A stretch of DNA of 64,000 nucleotides from NCBI GenBank assembly GCA_965205605.1, contig CBDBHE010000006.1:64001-128000 (forward strand), read 5' to 3'. The notes under the pieces are model-generated. The model was not told the DNA's origin. It saw only the letters and a list, made by a program, of their open reading frames with translations, and ran no database searches. This document shows positions 1-8,727 of the stretch, in pieces; the first letter of the stretch is position 1, and every line of letters starts with the position of its first letter. Position numbers and translations under genes: made by a program. Source of the stretch: Spirochaetota bacterium (GTDB lineage Bacteria > Spirochaetota > UBA12135 > COTS27 > CBDBHE01).

Positions 1-1
1 A

Positions 2-220
2 AGCAAAACCTTTCTTTTAAGTGGAAATGGAGAGATTTTTGAATCTGAAGATGGAGTGATTGCCATTGGTTCTGGGGGAGATTTTGCTCGTAGTGCCGCT
101 CTTGCTTTGCTTGAAAACACCAAACTACAAGCCGATGAGATTGCAAATAAATCTATTCAAATTGCTTCTAAAATTTGTATTTATACCAATGATTTTCAAG
201 TTTTGGAGACTCTTTTTTAA
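2..220 (+). CDS. hslV: HslV protease subunit, C-terminal part (5' end outside window)
   Basis: Not in ORF track. Frame 2 reads SKTFLLSGNGEIFESEDGVIAIGSGGDFARSAALALLE...ICIYTNDFQVLETLF*, with HslV motifs AIGSGG and CIYTN. TAA overlaps the hslU ATG. Confidence 0.93.
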   Translation, partial: SKTFLLSGNGEIFESEDGVIAIGSGGDFARSAALALLENTKLQADEIANKSIQIASKICIYTNDFQVLETLF

Positions 221-1593
221 TGCCTATGTTAGACAATTCTCAAGAAAGTTTATCTCCAAAAGAAATCGTTGAGGCTTTAGATCGTTACGTTGTTGGTCAA
301 AAAAAAGCTAAAAAAGCAGTTGCCATTGCTCTTCGTAATCGGATCCGAAGAAAAAAAGTCCCTAAAGAATTAAGAGATGAAATTTTGCCTAAAAATATTA
401 TGATGATTGGTTCAACAGGAGTTGGGAAAACTGAAATCGCCAGAAGACTCGCTTATTTAGATGAAGCTCCTTTTATTAAAGTAGAAGCAACTAAATTTAC
501 AGAAGTCGGCTATGTTGGTCGAGATGTTGATTCTATTATTCGAGATCTTGTTAATATTGCTATTAACAAAGAAAAAGAAGCTCTTAAAAAAAAAGTTGAA
601 AAAGAAGCTGAAAAAACAACTGAAGAAATCCTTTTAGATTTACTCATCACTCCTCCTAAAGGAAAATCTGTCGTTAGTTCGCTATCACAAGAAGATGCTG
701 CTTCTTCTTATGAAAAGACACGAAGTAAAATAAGACAAATGCTCCGAGATGGAGTCTTTGAAAATAAAATCATAGAAATTGAAATTAATCAAAATTTAAG
801 TAATCGAAAAATGATGGAATTTTCCTCTGAACAAGGATTTGAACAAATTGATTCTTTGCTTCAAAATTTAATGCAACAATTTAAAACCAAAAAAAATAAG
901 AGAAAATTAAAAGTTAAGCAAGCAAGAAAAATTATTAAAGAACAAGCAGTTGAAAAATTAATTGATATGGATAAAATAATTGAAATAGCGATTTTAAAAA
1001 CCGAACAAAATGGGATTGTTTTCTTAGATGAAATCGATAAAATTGTTAGTGGTACACAAGCTCAATCAGCACAAGTTTCAAGAGAAGGGGTTCAAAGAGA
1101 TTTGTTGCCTTTGATAGAAGGTTCTTCTGTTAATACGCGCTATGGTATTATTAAAACAGATCATATTTTATTTATTGCTGCAGGGGCTTTTCATGTCAGT
1201 TCACCATCAGACATGATCCCAGAGTTACAGGGTCGTTTCCCCATACGTGTAGAGCTAAATCCCCTTTCTGTTAAAGATTTAGAAAAAATTTTATCAAGTC
1301 CTAAAAATGCTTTGATCAAACAATACCAAGCCCTTCTTAAAACGGAAGGCATTCATCTTGAATTTTCTTCTGAAGCAATAAAAAAAATTGCAACGATTGC
1401 TGCTGATGTTAATCAATCTTCTCCCAATATAGGTGCTAGACGTTTAACCACAATAATGGAAAAATTATTAGAAGATATTTTGTTTTCAGCTCCTGATATT
1501 GAAAATAAAAAAATCTCTATTGACCTCACTTATGTTAAAAAATACATGGACCCTTTAATCGAGAGTAAAGATTTAACAAAGTATATTTTGTGA
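220..1593 (+). CDS. hslU: HslU ATPase subunit
   Basis: LSPKEIVEALDRYVVGQ, PKNIMMIGSTGVGKTEIARRLA, KFTEVGYVGRDV, FLDEIDK, PELQGRFPIRVEL, NIGARRL. Confidence 0.97.
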   Translation: MPMLDNSQESLSPKEIVEALDRYVVGQKKAKKAVAIALRNRIRRKKVPKELRDEILPKNIMMIGSTGVGKTEIARRLAYLDEAPFIKVEATKFTEVGYVGRDVDSIIRDLVNIAINKEKEALKKKVEKEAEKTTEEILLDLLITPPKGKSVVSSLSQEDAASSYEKTRSKIRQMLRDGVFENKIIEIEINQNLSNRKMMEFSSEQGFEQIDSLLQNLMQQFKTKKNKRKLKVKQARKIIKEQAVEKLIDMDKIIEIAILKTEQNGIVFLDEIDKIVSGTQAQSAQVSREGVQRDLLPLIEGSSVNTRYGIIKTDHILFIAAGAFHVSSPSDMIPELQGRFPIRVELNPLSVKDLEKILSSPKNALIKQYQALLKTEGIHLEFSSEAIKKIATIAADVNQSSPNIGARRLTTIMEKLLEDILFSAPDIENKKISIDLTYVKKYMDPLIESKDLTKYIL

Positions 1594-2480
1594 AACAATT
1601 TTGGAGTCATTTTTATTCTAGAGAAATTGTAGCTACTACATCATCAATTATCATTCATTTATTTGTGATTGCTTTATTTTCCATTAACTCGGACTTGAAT
1701 CGTTTTTTTTTCAAATCAAAAAAAACCAACCAATTTAATAATATTTTAATTGATTTATCAGACTTAAAAGAAACACAAGAAATCATCGATAACAAAGTTC
1801 CTTTTATTTCTCAAAAAAATAGAGCTTTAAAAGGAAAGCTCACTGAAAAAAAAGGAATCCATATCCTCTCTCCAAAATCTCTTCCTCAAAACCCTACTAA
1901 GTATCAAGCACCTTCTCTTTCTGTTGTTATTTTAGAAGATAACGATAACGGAAAAGAGGAGAAAAAAAAAAATTTTTTGCAAAAAAAAAAAAATGTTCAA
2001 AATCCTAATAAGAAACAAAATCAACAAATCTTAAAACAACTTGTTACTGAAAATATTTCTGATTATCGTTTTAATTTTAATTTAGAACAACCCATTCAAA
2101 TTGGGAGTCGAAAAGATAAAAATGCAGAGTTTTATTTAGAGTTTTCAAAAATTATTAAAAAACAATTTATTACTTATATTCAAAGTAGTTTGAGACAAAA
2201 CTTATCTTATGTAAATGCAGATAAAGTCTCTTCTGTTGGTAAAATTTTTAAAGATGGCAGTATTGTTTTTGTGAAGGTAAAAAAAATTAGTAAAAAGCAA
2301 CCTTATTTTAATTACTTAGCTGAGAGAGTCATTAATAAACCAGGTAAAATCAGTAAAGTCCCAAAAAGTATTTTAGGGCGAAAAAAAACCTTTGCTTTTT
2401 TTGAACTCAGTATTATTTTTACAGGACCTCCAGGAAATCAGTGGTGGTGTGGGTATCAGTTTTACCCTAGTGAAGAATAA
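1590..2480 (+). CDS. TonB/TolA-like membrane-anchored protein
   Basis: N-terminal TM with S-x3-H spacing (SSIIIHLFVIAL), Lys-rich linker, and a C-terminal domain resembling TonB_C/TolA-III (KIFKDGSIVFVKV...FNYLAERVI...KVP). Confidence 0.55.
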   Translation: MKQFWSHFYSREIVATTSSIIIHLFVIALFSINSDLNRFFFKSKKTNQFNNILIDLSDLKETQEIIDNKVPFISQKNRALKGKLTEKKGIHILSPKSLPQNPTKYQAPSLSVVILEDNDNGKEEKKKNFLQKKKNVQNPNKKQNQQILKQLVTENISDYRFNFNLEQPIQIGSRKDKNAEFYLEFSKIIKKQFITYIQSSLRQNLSYVNADKVSSVGKIFKDGSIVFVKVKKISKKQPYFNYLAERVINKPGKISKVPKSILGRKKTFAFFELSIIFTGPPGNQWWCGYQFYPSEE

Positions 2481-2491
2481 AAATCCTTATT

Positions 2492-2998
2492 ATGATAAGA
2501 CCACTTGTATTTCTTGGAAACCCTCTTTTAAAAAAAAAAAGTGAGACGATCAAAATCTTTGATAAAGAATTAGAAACTTTAGTAGGAGATATGTTTGATA
2601 CGATGTATGCTTTTCATGGCATTGGGCTTGCGGCTGTTCAAGTAGGTATTTTGAAAAGAGTTTTTGTCATAGATATCCCAAACATTACTCCAGAACCAAT
2701 GGTTTGTATCAACCCAATCATACGTACTTTTTCCAAAGATCAGAAAAAAAAAGAAGAAGGCTGTCTTTCAATCCCTGATTTTAAGTACCCAGTCACTCGT
2801 TCCCATTCTGTTGTTTTTGAATATCAAACGTTTGAACAAGAAAAAAAAGAGATGCTTGTTGAAGAAGTTTTTGCTATTTGTGTCCAACATGAGTTTGATC
2901 ACTTAGAAGGAATCTTATTTTTAGATCGCCTTAAAAAACGAAGCAAAAAAAAAATAAACCTTCTTTTACAAGAAAAAGGGCTGCCTTCTTATTTTTAA
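2492..2998 (+). CDS. def: Peptide deformylase
   Basis: Motifs GIGLAAVQ, EGCLS and QHEFDHLEG. Confidence 0.97.
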   Translation: MIRPLVFLGNPLLKKKSETIKIFDKELETLVGDMFDTMYAFHGIGLAAVQVGILKRVFVIDIPNITPEPMVCINPIIRTFSKDQKKKEEGCLSIPDFKYPVTRSHSVVFEYQTFEQEKKEMLVEEVFAICVQHEFDHLEGILFLDRLKKRSKKKINLLLQEKGLPSYF

Positions 2999-3007
2999 AA
3001 AAAAAAG

Positions 3008-5731
3008 TTATCTACTCAAGTAGTCTTCACAAGTGATGTTGACATCTAATATTTTTTCAAAAGGTTTCACATCAATCATACATTTAGAAATTTTTTTAAT
3101 TGTTTCTTTTAAAATTTCTTCTTTAATATAAAAAACAAGTTCATCGTGAATTTGCATAATCATTTTTGCTTTAATTTGTCCTCGTTGTACTTGTTGATCG
3201 ATTTCAATCATACTCAGTTTAATAATATCAGCAGCTGTTCCTTGAATGACATTATTAAACGCAATTCTTTCAGCTCGACTTCTGATATGAAACTGACTAG
3301 CGTTAATGTCAAGTACCGGTCGCTGTCTTCCATAATAAGTTTTGACAAATCGTGTCTTTCGTGTTTGTTCAATAATTGATTTGATGTATTGGGTCACTTG
3401 TTTATAATGTTCAAAGTAAAGATTAATAAAATGTTGGGCTTCTTTTGGGCCAATGCCCAAGTCTTCAGAAAGTGCATAAGCAGAAATCCCGTAAATAACC
3501 GAGAAGTTGATTGTTTTTGCGATGCGTCGCTGGTCTTCATTAATCATTTCAGTGGCTGTTTTAAATAGCAAGGAGGCCGTTTCAAGGTGAATGTCTTGAT
3601 TATTTTCATATGCTTTTAATAAAATAGTATCTTTAGAAAGTTGTGCTAAAATACGCAATTCTACTTGAGAATAATCAATAGAAACAACTTTATAACCTTT
3701 TGGGGCAATGAAAGCTTTTCGAATGCTTCTGCCTTCTTTTGCTTTAATAGGAATGTTTTGTAAATTAGGGTTATGAGAGCTTAGCCGACCTGTTGCGGCA
3801 ATAATTTGACTGTAGCTTGTATGAATCTTATCGGTATGTGGATTGATCATTTTTGGAAGGGCATTGATATATGTATTTAAAAGTTTTGAAAATTTTCTAT
3901 GCTTGAGCAAAAAATCAGCGATGAGGTGTTTGTAAGAGAGTTTTTTTAAAACATCGGTATCCGTAGAATAGCCTGTTTTTGTTTTTTTAATGGGTTTGAT
4001 GGCGAGTTTTTCAAATAAGATTTTTTGAACTTGTTTGGTAGAACTAATATTAAATTCTTCCTCTGCCAAATCATAAATTTTTTTTTCAATTTCCTTTAAT
4101 TCTAAACTCATCTTCTTAGATACTTTTTTTAAATATAAGCTGTCAATCAAAACCCCTTCTAGCTCCATATGAGCTAAAACTGTAATGAGAGGAATATCAA
4201 TCAAATAATAAGGTTTTGTTATTTCTTTATTGAGGGTTTTTTCTTGTGCTTGATAAAGTAAAAACGTATATTCACCATCTTCAAAAGTATATGTTTCCAA
4301 GTTTTTTTCAGGGATGTCCCAAATGGATTCATGCCCTTTTTCAAGATCTTGATAATTTTTTTTTTCTATACCAAAGTATTGCCTGATAAGATTTTCTAAA
4401 TTGTAATGACTTTTAACTGGGTTAAGAATGTATTCTCTTAACATGGTATCTTCTGCAAGGCCTTTTAAAGCGATGTTTTGTTCTTTTAAAATGGAATATT
4501 CATATTTTAGGTTATGTCCTATTTTTTTGATGGTTTCATCTTCCATTAAATCTTTAAAAGGTTGTAAAAAAATTGGTAAGTGATTTTGTGTTTTGGTTTG
4601 AAAAGCAAGATAAAAAGATAGGTGACTAGGGAGGACAAAAACAACAGAAATCAATTTTGCTTCAAACGAATCTAAAGAAGTTGTTTCAAGATCAAAAATA
4701 ATTAATTTTTCTTTTTTAGCTAATGTTAAAAAAGAATCGAAATCTTCTTTAGTCTTTATTAAAGATCGTTTAAAGGTAGGGGTTTGAATGGCTGTTTTTG
4801 TTGTTTTTGGAGGGTTTTTAGTCAGCTCTAAAAGAGTACCACTAAAATCAGTGTTTTCTTTTGGAAACTGATAAAGTTTTAAAAGATTGAAGCATTCTTT
4901 ATCGGTTAATTTTTTATTGATTTCTTTAAGATTTATCTTTTGAAGATTTAAACTTACTAGAGGAGGGATAGAATCAATATTTTTTTCAATAACAACCAAT
5001 TTTTTAGATAAAAAAGCATTTTCTTTATTTACAAAAAGTTTTTTTTGTATTGATTTGTTTTCAATTGCTTCTAAATTGGCATAGATTTGTTCAAGAGACT
5101 TATAGTCTTCAATCAGCTTACTGGCTGACTTGGGCCCAATTCCTTGCACTCCCGGGATATTGTCAGATCGATCTCCTGTCAAAGCTAAATAATCAATCAT
5201 ATTTTCTGGAAAAACTAAAAATTTATCCTTGACACTTTGAGCATCTTTTGTAACAAGTTCATTAGTTTTTTGATCAAAAGCAATTAATTGAGTAGTTTGA
5301 TTAATTAGCTGGGCCAAATCTTTATCAGTAGAGAAAATAGATGTTTCTATTTTTTCATTCACCGCTTCTGTGGCATAAGTCCCTATAATGTCATCAGCTT
5401 CAAATCCTTTAGCAGCAATGCAAGGAATGCCCATGGCTTTTAAAACTTCGACTAAAAATCCAATTTGGATTTTTAAAGCATCAGGCATTGGAGGTCTTTG
5501 GGCTTTATAATTTTTATCAAGATCATGGCGAAATGTTTTCCCTTTTGAATCTAATGCAACAATCACTAAATCATAATGAGTGATAGAAAGTAATTTATAA
5601 AAAGTATTTAAAAATCCATAAATAACAGATGTTTCTTCCCCTTTTTGGTTTTTGAGTGGGTTTTTAATAAAAGCAAAATAAGACTTATAAAAAGCCCCAT
5701 ACCCATCGATTAATAATAATTTACGCATCAT
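3008..5731 (-). CDS. polA: DNA polymerase I
   Basis: 5'-3' exo (LLLIDG, EADDII, GDRSDNIPGV), 3'-5' exo (FDLETT) and polymerase motifs (TGRLSS.NPNLQNIP, DYSQVELRILA, KTINFSVIYG, QIHDEL). Confidence 0.97.
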   Translation of the reverse strand: MMRKLLLIDGYGAFYKSYFAFIKNPLKNQKGEETSVIYGFLNTFYKLLSITHYDLVIVALDSKGKTFRHDLDKNYKAQRPPMPDALKIQIGFLVEVLKAMGIPCIAAKGFEADDIIGTYATEAVNEKIETSIFSTDKDLAQLINQTTQLIAFDQKTNELVTKDAQSVKDKFLVFPENMIDYLALTGDRSDNIPGVQGIGPKSASKLIEDYKSLEQIYANLEAIENKSIQKKLFVNKENAFLSKKLVVIEKNIDSIPPLVSLNLQKINLKEINKKLTDKECFNLLKLYQFPKENTDFSGTLLELTKNPPKTTKTAIQTPTFKRSLIKTKEDFDSFLTLAKKEKLIIFDLETTSLDSFEAKLISVVFVLPSHLSFYLAFQTKTQNHLPIFLQPFKDLMEDETIKKIGHNLKYEYSILKEQNIALKGLAEDTMLREYILNPVKSHYNLENLIRQYFGIEKKNYQDLEKGHESIWDIPEKNLETYTFEDGEYTFLLYQAQEKTLNKEITKPYYLIDIPLITVLAHMELEGVLIDSLYLKKVSKKMSLELKEIEKKIYDLAEEEFNISSTKQVQKILFEKLAIKPIKKTKTGYSTDTDVLKKLSYKHLIADFLLKHRKFSKLLNTYINALPKMINPHTDKIHTSYSQIIAATGRLSSHNPNLQNIPIKAKEGRSIRKAFIAPKGYKVVSIDYSQVELRILAQLSKDTILLKAYENNQDIHLETASLLFKTATEMINEDQRRIAKTINFSVIYGISAYALSEDLGIGPKEAQHFINLYFEHYKQVTQYIKSIIEQTRKTRFVKTYYGRQRPVLDINASQFHIRSRAERIAFNNVIQGTAADIIKLSMIEIDQQVQRGQIKAKMIMQIHDELVFYIKEEILKETIKKISKCMIDVKPFEKILDVNITCEDYLSR

Positions 5732-5836
5732 TTTTTTTATAGTATTGTTGTTTGGAGAGAAAAATATTACTAGTTTTTTATGAATGAAAAGATTGTTTTT
5801 TTTCTAAGCGTATCGCCCAGAAAAGAAAAAATTTAA

Positions 5837-6892
5837 TTAGATAATCATTAAAAATAAAATAACAATGCCAATAAAAATAGAAAAATACAAAATCATTTTA
5901 CCAAGATCATTTTCTTCTTTTGTGTTTTTTTTCTCTTCAGATTTTTCTGAGTTCATTTTCAATTTCACTTGTTCACTTTCTGAAATTTTGCCATATAAAG
6001 AGTCTTTAATTTGAACTAAAAGAAGATACGCTTGATCTTGTATTTTGATTTCTATTACGGTTGCTAAAATAGAAAGAGTATTCCCTTCTTTCCCTTTAAG
6101 TTTTAACATTGCATTATATTTTTGTCCTTTGGCATCGTTAAAAATTTTAACCATAATTTCATCTCCTACTTTAATATCAAAAATAGGCTTCCCTGTAATC
6201 GGAGCTAAGACAGGATAACATTCTAATAAAGTACTATTTTGGGGAAGATTAGAAAAATCCTTATGAGGCTTAATAGACGTAGTAGAGATTTTATTTTTTT
6301 TTTGATTTTCTGTTGGTTCTTCTTCTTCTTTCTTGTTTTCTTCCTTGTTAAAGTATTCATCAACATCACTTTCTTTAACGGTTTCTAAGTGTAGTTTAAT
6401 AACAATATTTCGGTCAAAGAGAATACTTAATAAAATTGATTTAACCAGTTCAGTGATTTTTTCTTTTTTTCCTTTTAAGATTAGATTTTTAATTTCTAAA
6501 ATTTCACTTGTTTCAAACCCACTTTTTGAAGCTATTAAAATTTTTTTTTCTAGCTGTTGTTGTTGAGTAGATGATTTTTGAGCTTCATTTTTGACGTAAT
6601 TTATAAAATTAGACCAAGAATCTTCTAAATAAGTGTTTGTTAAAATAGAGGAATATGGAGAAGTGGCAACTTGTTGATATTGAGCTCCATGTGTTTTAGA
6701 ATTGAGCAAAACATAAGCAACCCCATAAGCATTTGCTTCATCAGATGCGAAACTATATTTTAAAATGATAAGATAATTATCTTCTTTTTCTTGGTTTGGG
6801 TTTAGTAATGAATCATTTTCTAAATTTTCATCGTTAGGTTGTGAATTAATTTTAAGATTGGATGGTTCGTCGGCTTGGTTTGGAGTATCCAT
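5837..6892 (-). CDS. Hypothetical protein with C-terminal TM anchor and small beta-barrel-like domain
   Basis: 351-aa ORF with acidic N-terminus, segment YPVLAPITGKPIFDIKVGDEIMVKI and hydrophobic C-terminus ILYFSIFIGIVILFLMII. Confidence 0.7.
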   Translation of the reverse strand: MDTPNQADEPSNLKINSQPNDENLENDSLLNPNQEKEDNYLIILKYSFASDEANAYGVAYVLLNSKTHGAQYQQVATSPYSSILTNTYLEDSWSNFINYVKNEAQKSSTQQQQLEKKILIASKSGFETSEILEIKNLILKGKKEKITELVKSILLSILFDRNIVIKLHLETVKESDVDEYFNKEENKKEEEEPTENQKKNKISTTSIKPHKDFSNLPQNSTLLECYPVLAPITGKPIFDIKVGDEIMVKIFNDAKGQKYNAMLKLKGKEGNTLSILATVIEIKIQDQAYLLLVQIKDSLYGKISESEQVKLKMNSEKSEEKKNTKEENDLGKMILYFSIFIGIVILFLMII

Positions 6893-7045
6893 TGGTATCT
6901 TTATAATATCATTGATTGAGTTTAACTTTTTGATTGCTTAATTAAAATTCGGACTTTAGAGCTTAAAATTTTAATAAATTTCAATTTTATACAAATGAAA
7001 TTTAAAAAATATGAATAAAGAAAAGAAATTAAATAAAATAAAAAC

Positions 7046-7118
<73 letters not shown>

Positions 7119-7135
7119 AAATGAAAAACATTGTT

Positions 7136-7164
7136 ATACTATTATGGTTTACTTCTAAAAGCAA
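7136..7164 (-). promoter_or_regulatory. Putative sigma70 promoter of tRNA-Phe
   Basis: TTGCTT-N17-TAGTAT on the minus strand, 17 nt upstream of the tRNA. Confidence 0.45.
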
Positions 7165-7187
7165 GAGACTACTTTCTCTTTTATCTA

Positions 7188-7196
7188 TGCTATAAT
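7188..7196 (+). promoter_or_regulatory. Extended -10 element upstream of lepB
   Basis: TGCTATAAT overlaps the ORF-track ATG at 7195, so the true start is more likely ATG 7222. Confidence 0.45.
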
Positions 7197-8697
7197 GGCT
7201 TTTAAAATTTTCTTATTACCAATGAATACAAAAAAAAAGTGGATTGATAAACTTTATGATTATTCTATCGATCACTTCGTTAATTGGAAGAAACACTTAA
7301 AAGAATATCTATGGGCAATTGCGATTGTCCTTATGATTCGTTCAACTCTGATCACTATTTATAGGATCCCTACCGGATCGATGATCCCTACTTTTAAAAT
7401 AGGCGATATCTTAGTGGCTAATCATTTTTATTATGGTTTGAAAATCCCCTTTACTTATGGTTTAAAAAACTTTCGTTTAAAGCCTATTAAGAAACCAGAC
7501 AGAGGAGACATTGTTATTTTTAGAGGGCCCAGAGAAGAATTCTTTTATATTATTAACCTTTTGGTTTTTAACAAAGAAGGAAAAGCATTTTTAAACCAAC
7601 TCAATCATTTGTCTTCTTTTAAACGACCGATTTCGATACAAGGAACACAAACAAATTATATTTTTCTTCCCAACCCTTCTTTAGGCAAAGAAAATACCAT
7701 CATTACTTTACATCATTCTGTTTATAAAAAATTTTTAAAAGGTTTAAAAAAACCCTTAAAAGAGCCTTATCTTTCACTTAGAATCCAAATCTTAAATAAA
7801 AAAGGTAGAAAAATTATTGAGCAAATTCAAAAAAATACAACTTCTGAAAAAAATATCTTCTTTTATCCTTTAGATAAAAATGCAAGCTTCATTACTTTAA
7901 ATTTACCTAAAAGTGAATATTTAGATAAAAAAATACTTTTAGAACAAAATGAAGCTTCTTTAAAAGTGATGAGCACTAAAATAGAAAAAAAATTATTTAT
8001 CATTCAGGGCATTGAAAAACAAAAAAAATATATCACTTATCATACTAATCGTTATCGTGGATTTGTAAGCTCATTAATCAATACCCCTATGGCTGGATTA
8101 TCGATTGCTTCAACGATTCTCATTAATTCTCCATTTTTTATGATTTATAAAATAATTTATAACCATTTTTCCAACCGTTTTATATTTGATTTTATTTCTT
8201 TTTATCCTAATAAATACATCGATACGACTAAAGATTATGTTAAACGAGTTGTTGCTAAAGAGGGGGATATCGTTGAAATTTTTGATAAAAAACTTTTTGT
8301 TAATGGAAAGCAGTATCTTTCCAATCTGCAAAATAGCCATATTGATTCAACTGATAATACGTTTATGCTTTTTGAAGAGAAAGTCTCTTTTGACCATACT
8401 AAAAATAAGATTTACCCCGTTCGTTATAATAAGTTTATCGATTCTAAAAAACCAAAAGTAAAATTCGATGCTTCTATTTGGCCTTTAGATCCTAATAATA
8501 GTTGGTATTTTAATGGAGATAGTTATCGAGATCATTTTGGTCCCATTGTTGTGCCTTTAAATCATTATTTTGTTTTAGGGGATAATCGAGATGAATCTTT
8601 TGACTCCCGTTATTGGGGGTTTGTGCCTTATTATGCGATTAAAGGAATCCCAATGGTCAAGCTATTTCCTTTTAATCGATTTGGGATGATTAAATAA
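7195..8697 (+). CDS. lepB: Signal peptidase I with large internal insertion (likely start 7222)
   Basis: TM segment, box B IPTGSMIPT (Ser), box C RGDIVIF, box D DYVKRVV (Lys), box E GDNRDESFDSRYWGFVP. Confidence 0.92.
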   Translation: MAFKIFLLPMNTKKKWIDKLYDYSIDHFVNWKKHLKEYLWAIAIVLMIRSTLITIYRIPTGSMIPTFKIGDILVANHFYYGLKIPFTYGLKNFRLKPIKKPDRGDIVIFRGPREEFFYIINLLVFNKEGKAFLNQLNHLSSFKRPISIQGTQTNYIFLPNPSLGKENTIITLHHSVYKKFLKGLKKPLKEPYLSLRIQILNKKGRKIIEQIQKNTTSEKNIFFYPLDKNASFITLNLPKSEYLDKKILLEQNEASLKVMSTKIEKKLFIIQGIEKQKKYITYHTNRYRGFVSSLINTPMAGLSIASTILINSPFFMIYKIIYNHFSNRFIFDFISFYPNKYIDTTKDYVKRVVAKEGDIVEIFDKKLFVNGKQYLSNLQNSHIDSTDNTFMLFEEKVSFDHTKNKIYPVRYNKFIDSKKPKVKFDASIWPLDPNNSWYFNGDSYRDHFGPIVVPLNHYFVLGDNRDESFDSRYWGFVPYYAIKGIPMVKLFPFNRFGMIK

Positions 8698-8727
8698 TAA
8701 TTGTTCTTGTTTTTTTAGTAGGTTAAT

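Noticed and set aside
60-272. 70-aa ORF in the track
   Set aside because: Out-of-frame shadow of the hslV 3' end, which is the real gene in frame 2.
3008-4530. PolA deviations (ExoII NLKYE, atypical C-terminus)
   Set aside because: The change is conservative and the other catalytic motifs are intact, consistent with ordinary divergence.
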